Assembly: GCA_035455275.1 (NCBI GenBank) | Contig: DATIFO010000045.1 | Span: 2,421-66,420, forward strand | Source of the DNA: Candidatus Methylomirabilis sp. | GTDB taxonomy: Bacteria > Methylomirabilota > Methylomirabilia > Methylomirabilales > 2-02-FULL-66-22 | DNA length: 64,000 bases | Reading direction: 5' to 3' | Part shown: positions 27,076 through 39,280 of the stretch, piece after piece | Position numbering within the stretch: the stretch's first letter is position 1 | Layout: the number at the start of each line of letters is the position of its first letter | Program-made: the position numbers and the translations under genes | The notes under the pieces: generated by a model | What the model was told of the DNA's origin: nothing | The model's database searches: none | The model's input: the letters and a program-made list of their open reading frames with translations, nothing else

Positions 27076-29784
27076 ATGCCTTCCTCCATGGACCTCATCA
27101 GCACGCACGTGAGCGCCGACTTCGACGCCCTGGCCTCCATGGTGGCGGCGTCGAAGCTCTACAGGAAGGCCCGCCTGCTCTTCCCCGGGTCCCAGGAGCG
27201 GAACGTCCGCGAGTTCCTGCGGGAATCCCGCTTCCCCCTCCAGGCGGATCGCTTGAAGGGATTTCCCCTGGAGCGCGTCACCCGCCTCATCCTGGTGGAT
27301 GTGAAGCGCGGCACCCGGATCGGGCCGCTCCGGGACCTCTTGGGACGACCGGGGCTGGACGTGCACATCTACGACCACCATCCGGCCCATCCCAAGGACG
27401 TCCAGGGGAGCCTGGAGGTCCTGCGCGAGGTGGGGGCCACCACGACGATCCTGCTGGATCTCCTGCGGGAGCAGGAGTTGCCCCTCAGCCCGCAGGAGGC
27501 CACGCTGCTCGCCCTGGGCATCTACGAGGAGACGGGCTTCCTCACGTTCACCAACACCACCGAGGCCGACTTGCAGGCGGCGGCCTACTGCCTCTCGCGG
27601 GGGGCCAACCTGAGCATGGTCTCGGACTTCATCCGGCGGGAGCTCACGGCCGAGCAGGTCGGGCTGCTCAACGACCTCATCCGGTCGGCCGAAACGTACA
27701 CCATCAACGGGGTCCGGGTGGTGATCAGCACGGCCTCCCTGGATCGGTACGTGGGCGACATGGCCATGCTCACCCACAAGCTGCGGGACATGGAGAACAT
27801 CAACGTGCTGTTCACGCTGGTCCGCATGGACAACCGCGTGCACATGGTCGCGCGCAGCCGACTCGAGGCGGTGGATGCCGGGGAGCTGGCCGACGCTTTC
27901 GGGGGCGGCGGCCACGCCACGGCGGCCTCGGCCACGGTGAAGGACCTCACCCTGTTCCAGGTGAAGGAGCGGCTGCTCCAGCTCCTGAAGGAGCGGGTGC
28001 GGCCCCTCAAGCAGGCGCGGGACATCATGACGGCGCCGGTGAAGGCCATCCCCGAGCGGTTCACGATCCGGGGCGCGGCGGAGATCATGAACCGGTTCAA
28101 CCTGGCCCACCTGCCGGTGGTGCGCCGCGGGGAAATGGTGGGCCTCATCACCCGCGAGGTGGTGGACAAGGCCATCTTCCACGGGCTGGGCGAGGCCGCC
28201 GTCCGCGACTACATGTCCGGGGAGTTCCCCCGGGTGGCGCCCGACGCGCCCCTCCCGCAGGTGCAGCGGCTCATGGTCGAGCGGAGCCTGGGCTTTCTGC
28301 CGGTGATGGAGGGATCCCGACTCAAGGGGGCGGTGACGCGGGCGGACATCCTGCGCCATACCTACGAGGACCTCTTGAAGCGACCGACCTTCCCGGCCGC
28401 GGAGGAGCGGGAGCTGGGCGGGCCCGTGGCGCGACAGATGGCGGGGCTACTGGCCAACCGCCTGCCCCCGCGGCTCCAGTCCCTGCTGCGCCTCGGCGGC
28501 ACGGTGGCCGACGAGCTGGGCGCCAAGGTGTACGCCGTCGGCGGCTTCGTGCGGGACCTGCTGCTCCGCCACGAGAACCTGGACGTGGATCTGGTGGTGG
28601 AAGGGGACGGCATCGCCTTCGCCGAGGCCCTGGCCCGCCGCCTGGCGGGCAAGGTGACCGGCCATCCGCGCTTCGGCACGGCGGTGGTGAGCCTGCCGGA
28701 CGGCTTCAAGATCGACGTGGCCACGGCGCGCACCGAGTACTACGAGTACCCGGCGGCCCTGCCCACGGTGGAGCACAGCTCCATCAAGATGGATCTGTAC
28801 CGCCGGGACTTCACCATCAACACGCTCGCCGTCTGCCTGAACGCCGACCGGTACGGGGAGCTGCTGGATTTCTTCGGCGGGCAGCAGGACCTGCGCGACA
28901 AGACGCTCCGGATCATCCACAACCTGAGCTTCGTCGAGGACCCCACCCGGATCCTGCGCGCGGTCCGCTTCGAGGTGCGCTTCGGCTTCCACCTCAGCCG
29001 GCACGCCGAGCAGCTCATCGCCAATGCCGTCCAGATGGGCCTGCTGGCAAAGCTGTCGGGGGCCAGACTCTACACCGAGCTGCAACTGATCCTGCAGGAG
29101 GCCCGGCCCCTGGCGGTCCTGCAGCGCCTGCAGGAGCTGGCCGTCCTGGCGGCCATCCACCCGTCCCTGGACGTGAGCGCGACCACGGAGCGTCGCTTCC
29201 AGCGGGTCGGGGAGGTCCTGACCTGGTACAGCCTGCTGTACCAGGAGGACCAGCCCACCCCCTGGATCGTGTACCTGCTGACCCTCCTGGGGGAGCGGGT
29301 CGGGACCGAGGCCCGCGCCATCCTGCGGCGCCTGGGACCGCCGCCCCGACCGGCCGCCATGCTCGCCAGAGACCTCACCCGGCTCCGCGGGCTGGCGCGG
29401 CAGATCCACCAGGCACAGGAGCTGCCACCCAGCCGGGTCTTCCGCTGGCTGGCGGATGCGCCGCTGGAGGTCGTCCTGGCCCTGATGGCCCGGATGGAAC
29501 GACCGGAGCTTCGCAAGTCGGTTGGCGACTTCCTCGCCACCACGCGGCGCATCCGCCCGCACCTGCGGGGCGACGACCTCCGGGCCCTGGGCATCCGGCC
29601 GGGGCCGATCTACCGGGAAATCCTGAACTCGGTCCTGTACGCGAGGCTCGACGGCCACGTGCAGAACCGGGACGACGAGCTGCGCTTCGTCCGCCAGCGG
29701 TTCGCCCGCGCCCTCGCCGCAGGCGCCAGCGACAGCCCCGCTCGGCGATTGACAAACCGGGGCGGATCGGGTACGGTTCGATAA
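27076..29784 (+). CDS. DHH-DHHA1 / CBS-pair / tRNA nucleotidyltransferase (CCA-adding or poly(A) polymerase family) fusion protein
   Basis: Internal ATG (MPSSMDLISTH). Motifs in order: DHH (IYDHHP), GGGGH, two CBS modules, then GGFVRDLLL..DVDLVV and RRDFTINT of the pol-beta nucleotidyltransferase head. Confidence 0.85.
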   Translation: MPSSMDLISTHVSADFDALASMVAASKLYRKARLLFPGSQERNVREFLRESRFPLQADRLKGFPLERVTRLILVDVKRGTRIGPLRDLLGRPGLDVHIYDHHPAHPKDVQGSLEVLREVGATTTILLDLLREQELPLSPQEATLLALGIYEETGFLTFTNTTEADLQAAAYCLSRGANLSMVSDFIRRELTAEQVGLLNDLIRSAETYTINGVRVVISTASLDRYVGDMAMLTHKLRDMENINVLFTLVRMDNRVHMVARSRLEAVDAGELADAFGGGGHATAASATVKDLTLFQVKERLLQLLKERVRPLKQARDIMTAPVKAIPERFTIRGAAEIMNRFNLAHLPVVRRGEMVGLITREVVDKAIFHGLGEAAVRDYMSGEFPRVAPDAPLPQVQRLMVERSLGFLPVMEGSRLKGAVTRADILRHTYEDLLKRPTFPAAEERELGGPVARQMAGLLANRLPPRLQSLLRLGGTVADELGAKVYAVGGFVRDLLLRHENLDVDLVVEGDGIAFAEALARRLAGKVTGHPRFGTAVVSLPDGFKIDVATARTEYYEYPAALPTVEHSSIKMDLYRRDFTINTLAVCLNADRYGELLDFFGGQQDLRDKTLRIIHNLSFVEDPTRILRAVRFEVRFGFHLSRHAEQLIANAVQMGLLAKLSGARLYTELQLILQEARPLAVLQRLQELAVLAAIHPSLDVSATTERRFQRVGEVLTWYSLLYQEDQPTPWIVYLLTLLGERVGTEARAILRRLGPPPRPAAMLARDLTRLRGLARQIHQAQELPPSRVFRWLADAPLEVVLALMARMERPELRKSVGDFLATTRRIRPHLRGDDLRALGIRPGPIYREILNSVLYARLDGHVQNRDDELRFVRQRFARALAAGASDSPARRLTNRGGSGTVR

Positions 29785-29809
29785 TTTCGGCGCCACGAGA
29801 AGGGGTCCT

Positions 29810-30445
29810 ATGTTCGGTCTGCCCTCGGTTTCAACGCTCGTCATAACCATTCCCGTCTTCCTGCTGGCTCTCACGATCCACGAGTTTGCGCACGGTTGGG
29901 TGGCCAACTGGCTGGGTGATCCCACGGCGCGGCTTCAGGGTCGTCTCACGCTGAACCCCCTCGCGCATCTCGACCCCATCGGAACTCTGGCCATCGTCTT
30001 CATCGGCTTCGGCTGGGCCAGGCCGGTCCCGGTGGATTCCCGGCATCTCAAGCGACCGCAGCGGGACATGATGCTGATCGCCGCGGCCGGGCCCGTGAGC
30101 AACCTGCTGCTGGGTGTCGCTTCCGCCTTCTGTGTCCGCATGATCCCCTGGTCGGGGTCGAGTCCAGAATGGGTGTGGCTCGTCAAGCCGGTACTGTTGA
30201 TGCTCTACACATCCGTGGGCGCCAATGTTATCCTGGCCGTGTTCAACCTGCTTCCCATCCCACCCCTCGACGGGAGTCGCGTCCTGTCCGGACTCCTGCC
30301 TCTGCGGCAAGCCATCAGCTTCAACCGCCTGGAGCCCTACGGGGGCATCATCATTTTCCTGCTGTTCATCACGGGGATCATGAATCCTATATTCGGGCTG
30401 GCGCAGCACACGATAACGCGCGCCCTGTTGCACATGTGGGGGTAG
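29810..30445 (+). CDS. site-2 protease (M50) family protein
   Basis: HEFAHG zinc motif and NLLPIPPLDGS. 211 aa, membrane protein. Confidence 0.85.
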   Translation: MFGLPSVSTLVITIPVFLLALTIHEFAHGWVANWLGDPTARLQGRLTLNPLAHLDPIGTLAIVFIGFGWARPVPVDSRHLKRPQRDMMLIAAAGPVSNLLLGVASAFCVRMIPWSGSSPEWVWLVKPVLLMLYTSVGANVILAVFNLLPIPPLDGSRVLSGLLPLRQAISFNRLEPYGGIIIFLLFITGIMNPIFGLAQHTITRALLHMWG

Positions 30446-30484
30446 CGGCGAGCCACGAGCCACGAGCCACGAGCTGCGATCGGA
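30446..30484 (+). repeat. tandem heptamer array (CGAGCCA x3 and variants)
   Basis: gcggCGAGCCACGAGCCACGAGCCACGAGCTGCGATCGG, directly after the S2P stop. It uses the same word as the arms flanking the four-helix-bundle gene. Confidence 0.6.
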
Positions 30485-30502
30485 CCTTCTCATGGAGACG
30501 GT

Positions 30503-33029
<2,527 letters not shown>

Positions 33030-33602
33030 GCGAGCCTCGAGCCGCGAGCCACGGGGGGCGAGCCGTGAGCTGCGAGCCGCGAATGGACTTGGGGGGAGGG
33101 AGGTCACGAACCGTCAGGGGTGGAGACTCCAATAACCGCGCCGGTGAAAGGAGGGTACACCATGTTTCGGTTCGAGCGTCTCAGGGTGTGGCACAAAGCG
33201 ATCGAACTTTATGAAGCGGTGGACGAGGTCAGCCGCAGGTTTCCCGGAAAGCCAGAGTTCTTTCTTTCGGACCAACTGAGGCGCGCAACCCTTTCCATCT
33301 CTTCGAATATTGCGGAAGGTTCTGGGCGAGAAACCACAAAGGACGCTCAGCACTTCTATACAATTGCGAAGGGCTCTGCCTTCGAGGTGGTCAGCATCGC
33401 CACGGTTTGCCATCGCCGTGGACTCATTTCGACTGAACACTACCGCGACATGTACGGACGCGTGGAGGACATCGCGAAGATGCTGAGCGGCCTCAAACGC
33501 GTCCAACAGACGGACTAATCCCCGCTCGTGTCATGTCGCGGCTCCCCGGTTCAGCCTTCGATAATTCGTCGCGGCTCGCGGCTCTAGGATCGAGGCTCGA
33601 CC
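33030..33602 (+). mobile_element. IVS-like cassette: four-helix-bundle ORF bounded by inverted heptamer arrays
   Basis: The left arm (33030-33086) is eight CGAGCCN-type heptamers. The right arm (33521-33602) carries the complementary NGGCTCG words. The outermost 10 nt are perfectly complementary (CGAGCCTCGA / TCGAGGCTCG). The cassette fills the whole guaB-guaA spacer. Confidence 0.5.
33162..33518 (+). CDS. four-helix-bundle protein (23S rRNA intervening-sequence protein / Avd family)
   Basis: SD AAAGGAGGG. MFRFERLRVWHKAIEL...LSDQLRRATLSISSNIAEGSGR...GSAFEV matches the family pattern (F..L.VW.KA..L, Q..RAA.SI..NIAEG). Confidence 0.9.
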   Translation: MFRFERLRVWHKAIELYEAVDEVSRRFPGKPEFFLSDQLRRATLSISSNIAEGSGRETTKDAQHFYTIAKGSAFEVVSIATVCHRRGLISTEHYRDMYGRVEDIAKMLSGLKRVQQTD

Positions 33603-33603
33603 T

Positions 33604-35136
<1,533 letters not shown>

Positions 35137-35138
35137 AC

Positions 35139-35651
35139 GTGGGTAGAGGCGACGAGGCGCATGGGAGCAAGGGCGAAGAGGATCTGCTGGACCTTGCTCA
35201 CTTCATCCTGGAGCATGATCTGCAGGCGGAGATCGTGGCGCCGGGGGCGCACATGCCGACGGTGGATGCGGCCGCGGCGGCGATGAATGTGGCGCCGGAG
35301 CAAATCTTCAAGTCCATCCTGTTCCAGTCGCTGGCGGGCCGGTGCGTCATGGTGGTGGCCTGCGGCAACGCCCGGGTGGATGTCAAGCGAGTGCAGGACC
35401 TCACGGGCATCTTCGGACTCAAGCTGGCCAAGCCGGACGTGGTCCTCGCCAAGACGGGATACCCGGCGGGCGGGACGCCGCCGGTGGGTCACCGGGAGAA
35501 GTTCCCCGTCATCGTGGATGCGGCCGTGGCGGCGCAGGAATGGGGCTACGCCGGCGGCGGCCGGCCGGAGCTCTTGGTGAAGATCAGATCCGCCGACATC
35601 ATCCGCCTGACCGGTGCGGACGTGCACAACGTCATAATCAATGACAAATGA
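35139..35651 (+). CDS. YbaK/aminoacyl-tRNA editing domain protein
   Basis: GTG start 2 nt after the guaA stop, in the frame of listed ORF 34371..35651. KSILFQ...GGTPPVGH motifs. The start position is uncertain. Confidence 0.7.
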   Translation: MGRGDEAHGSKGEEDLLDLAHFILEHDLQAEIVAPGAHMPTVDAAAAAMNVAPEQIFKSILFQSLAGRCVMVVACGNARVDVKRVQDLTGIFGLKLAKPDVVLAKTGYPAGGTPPVGHREKFPVIVDAAVAAQEWGYAGGGRPELLVKIRSADIIRLTGADVHNVIINDK

Positions 35652-35723
35652 CCAATGACAAATGACCAATGTCGGATGACCGGTATCGGTTCCCAATTGG
35701 TCATTGGGATTTGGTCATTGGGA
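35641..35723. repeat. heptamer-word hairpin (ATGACCA/ATGACAA arm versus TTGGTCA/TTGGGAT arm)
   Basis: Strict 7-nt register: atgacaa atgacca atgacaa atgacca atgtcgg atgaccg gtatcgg ttcccaa ttggtca ttgggat ttggtca ttgggat. AATGACCAAT (35661-35670) pairs with ATTGGTCATT (35696-35705). Confidence 0.7.
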
Positions 35724-35750
35724 TTTCTCAGGGGTGCCTGAGGGCTAATC

Positions 35751-38700
35751 ATGGCGCACGCGGATTTCGTTCATCTGCACCTGCACACGCAGTATTCCCT
35801 GCTGGACGGGGCCTGCCAGCTCGACCGGCTCATCGCCAAGGCCAAGGAGTATCGGATGCCGGCCCTGGCCATGACCGATCACGGCAACATGTTCGGGGCC
35901 ATCGACTTCTACAACCTGGCGGCCAAGGAGGGCATCAAGCCCATCGTGGGCTGCGAGCTGTACATGGCCCCCGGGAGCCGCTACGAGCGGACGCCGCAGG
36001 ACGGCCAGTACGAAGGGGCGAACCACATCACGCTGCTGTGCCGGGACCTCACCGGCTACAAGAACCTCATCAAGCTGGCCACCGCCGGCTACCTGGAGGG
36101 CTTCTACTACAAGCCGCGCATCGACCGGGAGTTGTTCGCCCAGCACGGCCAGGGGCTCATCGTGCTGTCGGGGTGCCTGAACAGCGAGCTGGGACACGCG
36201 CTGGTTGACAAGGACGAGGCCAAGGCCGCGCAGATCGCAGACTGGTACCTGGAGGTGGTGGGGAAGGGTAACTACTTCCTGGAGATCCAGGACCACGGCC
36301 TGGAGGACCAGCGCACCATGACCCGGGGTGTCCTGCCCCTGGCGAAGCGCCTGGGCATCCCCGTGGTCGCCACCAACGACGTCCACTACCTCAACGCGGG
36401 GGACCACAAGGCGCACGAGGTCCTGCTGTGCGTCCAGACCGGCAAGACCATGAAGGACGCGGACCGCTGGCGGTTCAGCTCGCAGCAGTTCTACTTCAAG
36501 TCCCCGCAGGAGATGCAAACCCTCTTCGCCGAGCTGCCGGAATCGCTCAGGAACACCGTCGCCATTGCCGAGCGCTGCAACCTGGAGCTGACCTTCGGCA
36601 AGATCCGCCTGCCCAGGTACACGGTCCCCGAGGGGTTCACCCTGGACTCCTACCTGCGGAAGCTGGCCGAGGAGGGACTGCCCCGGCGCTTCCCCAGCCC
36701 CCCGGCCGGGGCGGTAGAGCGGCTGAACCGGGAGCTGGCGGTCATCGAGAAGATGGGCTTCGCCGGCTACTTCCTGGTGGTCTGGGACTTCATCAGCTAC
36801 GCCAGGTCGCGGGGCATCCCGGTGGGGCCGGGCCGGGGCTCCGCCGCCGGCTCCCTGGTGGCCTACTGTCTCGGGATCACGAACATCGACCCCTTGCGCT
36901 ACGGCCTGCTGTTCGAGCGGTTCCTGAATCCCGAGCGCATCAGCATGCCGGACATGGACATCGACTTCTGTGACGAGCGGCGGGACGAGGTCATCGAGTA
37001 CGTCACGCGCAAGTACGGGGCGGACAACGTCAGCCAGATCATCACCTTCGGGACCCTGGGGGCCAAGGCGGTCATCCGGGACGTGGCCCGCGGCATGGGG
37101 ATGCCGTATTCGGACGGGGACAAGATCGCCAAGATGGTCCCCAACACCCTGAACATCAGCCTGGAGGACGCCATCAAGGAGTCCCCGGCGCTCCGCGAGG
37201 CCATCGAGAAGCGGCCCGAGGTGGCCGAGCTGATCGAGTCGGCCAAGGTGCTGGAGGGGCTGACCCGCCACGCCTCCACCCACGCGGCCGGGGTGGTCAT
37301 CAGCAACGAGCCGCTCATCGAGCACGTCCCCCTGTACAAGGGGGCCAAGGGCGAGGTCACGACCCAGTACGCCATGGGGGCCATCGAGAAGATCGGCCTC
37401 CTGAAGATGGATTTCCTGGGCCTCAGGACCCTGACCGTCATCGCCAACAGCGTGAAGCTCATCGAGAAGACGCGCGGCGTCCGGGTGGACATCGAGCAGA
37501 TCCCCCAGGACGATGCCCTGTCGTTCCAGCTCCTGGGCGAGGCCAGAACCAACGGCGTATTCCAGCTCGAATCGGCGGGGATGCGGCGGCTGCTGCAGGA
37601 CCTGCGGCCGACCCAGATCGAGGAGGTCATCGCCCTGGTGGCCATGTACCGCCCGGGTCCCATGGACAACATCCCGAAATTCATCGAGCGCCGGCACGGC
37701 CGGACCAAGGTGGAGTACGACCACCCCCTGATGGAGGCGATCCTGAAGGAGACCTACGGCATCATGGTCTACCAGGAGCAGGTCATGCGGATTGCCTCGG
37801 AGCTGGCCGGCTTCAGCATGGGGGACGCGGACATCCTGCGCCGGGCCATGGGGAAGAAGAACCCCGAGCTGATGGCGGAGCAGCGGAAGCGGTTCGTGGA
37901 CGGGGCCAAGGCGCGCGGGGTGCCCGAGCGGAAGGCGGACAAGATCTTCAGCCAGATGGAGCAGTTCGCCGGCTACGGGTTCAACAAGTCCCACGCCGCG
38001 GCCTACGCCATCGTCGCCTACCAGACGGCCTACCTGAAGGCCAACTACCCGGTGGAGTTCATGGCGGCCCTGCTCACCTCCGAGACCTCCGACACGGACA
38101 AGATCGTGAAGTACATCGAGGAGTGTCGGGCCATGGGGATCGAGGTCCTGCCCCCCGATGTCAACGAGTCGAGCAGCGACTTCACCGTGGTGGGGGACAA
38201 GATCCGCTTCGGCCTGGTGGCGGTCAAGAACGTGGGCGAGACGGCCATCCAGTCCATCCTGGCGTCGCGCCGGGACCAGGGGCGGTTCCGGGACCTCTAC
38301 GACTTCTGCGAGCGGGTGGACCTGCGCCTGGTGAACAAGCGGGTGCTGGAGAGCCTGATCAAGTGCGGGGCGCTGGATTCCCTGGGGGCGCGGCGGGCCC
38401 AGCTCATGGCCGTGGTGGACAAGGCCATGGAGGCGGCCGCCTCGACGCAGCGCGACCGGGCGCACGGCCAGGTGTCGCTCCTGGACGTGCTCTCCTCCCG
38501 GGGGGCCACACGACGCGAGTCACCGGCCCTGCCCGACGCTCCCGAGTGGGATCGGCTGGCCGTGCTGGCCGCCGAGAAGGAGACGCTGGGGTTCTACATC
38601 ACGGGGCATCCCCTGGCGGAGCACCGGGGATACCTTGCCCAGCAGGCGACCACCACCACCGAGGAGCTGGCGTCCCTGCCGGACAAGTCCACGGTGAAGG

Positions 38701-39185
38701 TGGGCGCCATCGTCAGCGCGGTGAAGGAGATCAGCACCAAGAGCGGCGAACGCATGGCCTTCATCACGCTGGAGGATCTGGCGGGCTCGGTGGAAGCCGT
38801 GGTCTTCCCGGACGTGTACCGGTCCAGCATGCTCCACCTGGCCAAGGAATCGGCGGTCCTGGTGAAGGGCCAGGTGGACATCGCAGAGGAGACTGTCAAG
38901 CTGCTGGTGAGCGAGGTCCGTCCGCTCTCCCTGCAAGCCAACGGAGGCATCCCCCTGGTCGAGGTGACGCTGGGGCGCGCCGTCGCCAGCCCCGACGGGT
39001 TGCGCCGCCTGCGGGCGATCCTCCAGGCGCACCCGGGGGGCGCGCCGCTCCGGCTGCACCTTCAGCTCCCGGAGGGGGGCCAGGTCACCATCGCGCCCGA
39101 TCCCTCGCTGACCGTGGCGGCGGACGAGGCGCTGCGCCAGGCCCTCACGGCGGAGTTCGGCGCCGCCTGCCTCTCGATGGGATAG
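35751..39185 (+). CDS. dnaE: DNA polymerase III alpha subunit
   Basis: 1144 aa with PHP motif FVHLHLHTQYSLLDG and a full-length DnaE-like sequence. Confidence 0.97.
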   Translation: MAHADFVHLHLHTQYSLLDGACQLDRLIAKAKEYRMPALAMTDHGNMFGAIDFYNLAAKEGIKPIVGCELYMAPGSRYERTPQDGQYEGANHITLLCRDLTGYKNLIKLATAGYLEGFYYKPRIDRELFAQHGQGLIVLSGCLNSELGHALVDKDEAKAAQIADWYLEVVGKGNYFLEIQDHGLEDQRTMTRGVLPLAKRLGIPVVATNDVHYLNAGDHKAHEVLLCVQTGKTMKDADRWRFSSQQFYFKSPQEMQTLFAELPESLRNTVAIAERCNLELTFGKIRLPRYTVPEGFTLDSYLRKLAEEGLPRRFPSPPAGAVERLNRELAVIEKMGFAGYFLVVWDFISYARSRGIPVGPGRGSAAGSLVAYCLGITNIDPLRYGLLFERFLNPERISMPDMDIDFCDERRDEVIEYVTRKYGADNVSQIITFGTLGAKAVIRDVARGMGMPYSDGDKIAKMVPNTLNISLEDAIKESPALREAIEKRPEVAELIESAKVLEGLTRHASTHAAGVVISNEPLIEHVPLYKGAKGEVTTQYAMGAIEKIGLLKMDFLGLRTLTVIANSVKLIEKTRGVRVDIEQIPQDDALSFQLLGEARTNGVFQLESAGMRRLLQDLRPTQIEEVIALVAMYRPGPMDNIPKFIERRHGRTKVEYDHPLMEAILKETYGIMVYQEQVMRIASELAGFSMGDADILRRAMGKKNPELMAEQRKRFVDGAKARGVPERKADKIFSQMEQFAGYGFNKSHAAAYAIVAYQTAYLKANYPVEFMAALLTSETSDTDKIVKYIEECRAMGIEVLPPDVNESSSDFTVVGDKIRFGLVAVKNVGETAIQSILASRRDQGRFRDLYDFCERVDLRLVNKRVLESLIKCGALDSLGARRAQLMAVVDKAMEAAASTQRDRAHGQVSLLDVLSSRGATRRESPALPDAPEWDRLAVLAAEKETLGFYITGHPLAEHRGYLAQQATTTTEELASLPDKSTVKVGAIVSAVKEISTKSGERMAFITLEDLAGSVEAVVFPDVYRSSMLHLAKESAVLVKGQVDIAEETVKLLVSEVRPLSLQANGGIPLVEVTLGRAVASPDGLRRLRAILQAHPGGAPLRLHLQLPEGGQVTIAPDPSLTVAADEALRQALTAEFGAACLSMG

Positions 39186-39267
39186 GAAACCGATAGCGAG
39201 ATCCGACAGGGATAGCGAAAGTGGCCTGAGGTCTTTCGCTATCGGATGTCGCTATGGCTATCGGTCG
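39184..39267. repeat. word hairpin (GATAGCG / CGCTATC)
   Basis: GATAGCGAAAG (39211-39221) pairs perfectly with CTTTCGCTATC (39233-39243). The outer CCGATAGC..CGACA words are matched on both arms. Confidence 0.65.
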
Positions 39268-39280
39268 TTCAGGAGTTCGC

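Noticed and set aside
33030-33086. Short-period direct repeats here and at 30446, 35641, 24785 and 8910 could have been CRISPR arrays.
   Set aside because: The units are 7-9 nt and contiguous, with no 25-40-nt spacers. No cas genes are present in the window.
33162-33518. The Avd-family four-helix-bundle gene could have marked a diversity-generating retroelement.
   Set aside because: There is no reverse transcriptase ORF. I could find no template/variable repeat pair (about 100-nt near-identical repeats differing at adenines) in the window.
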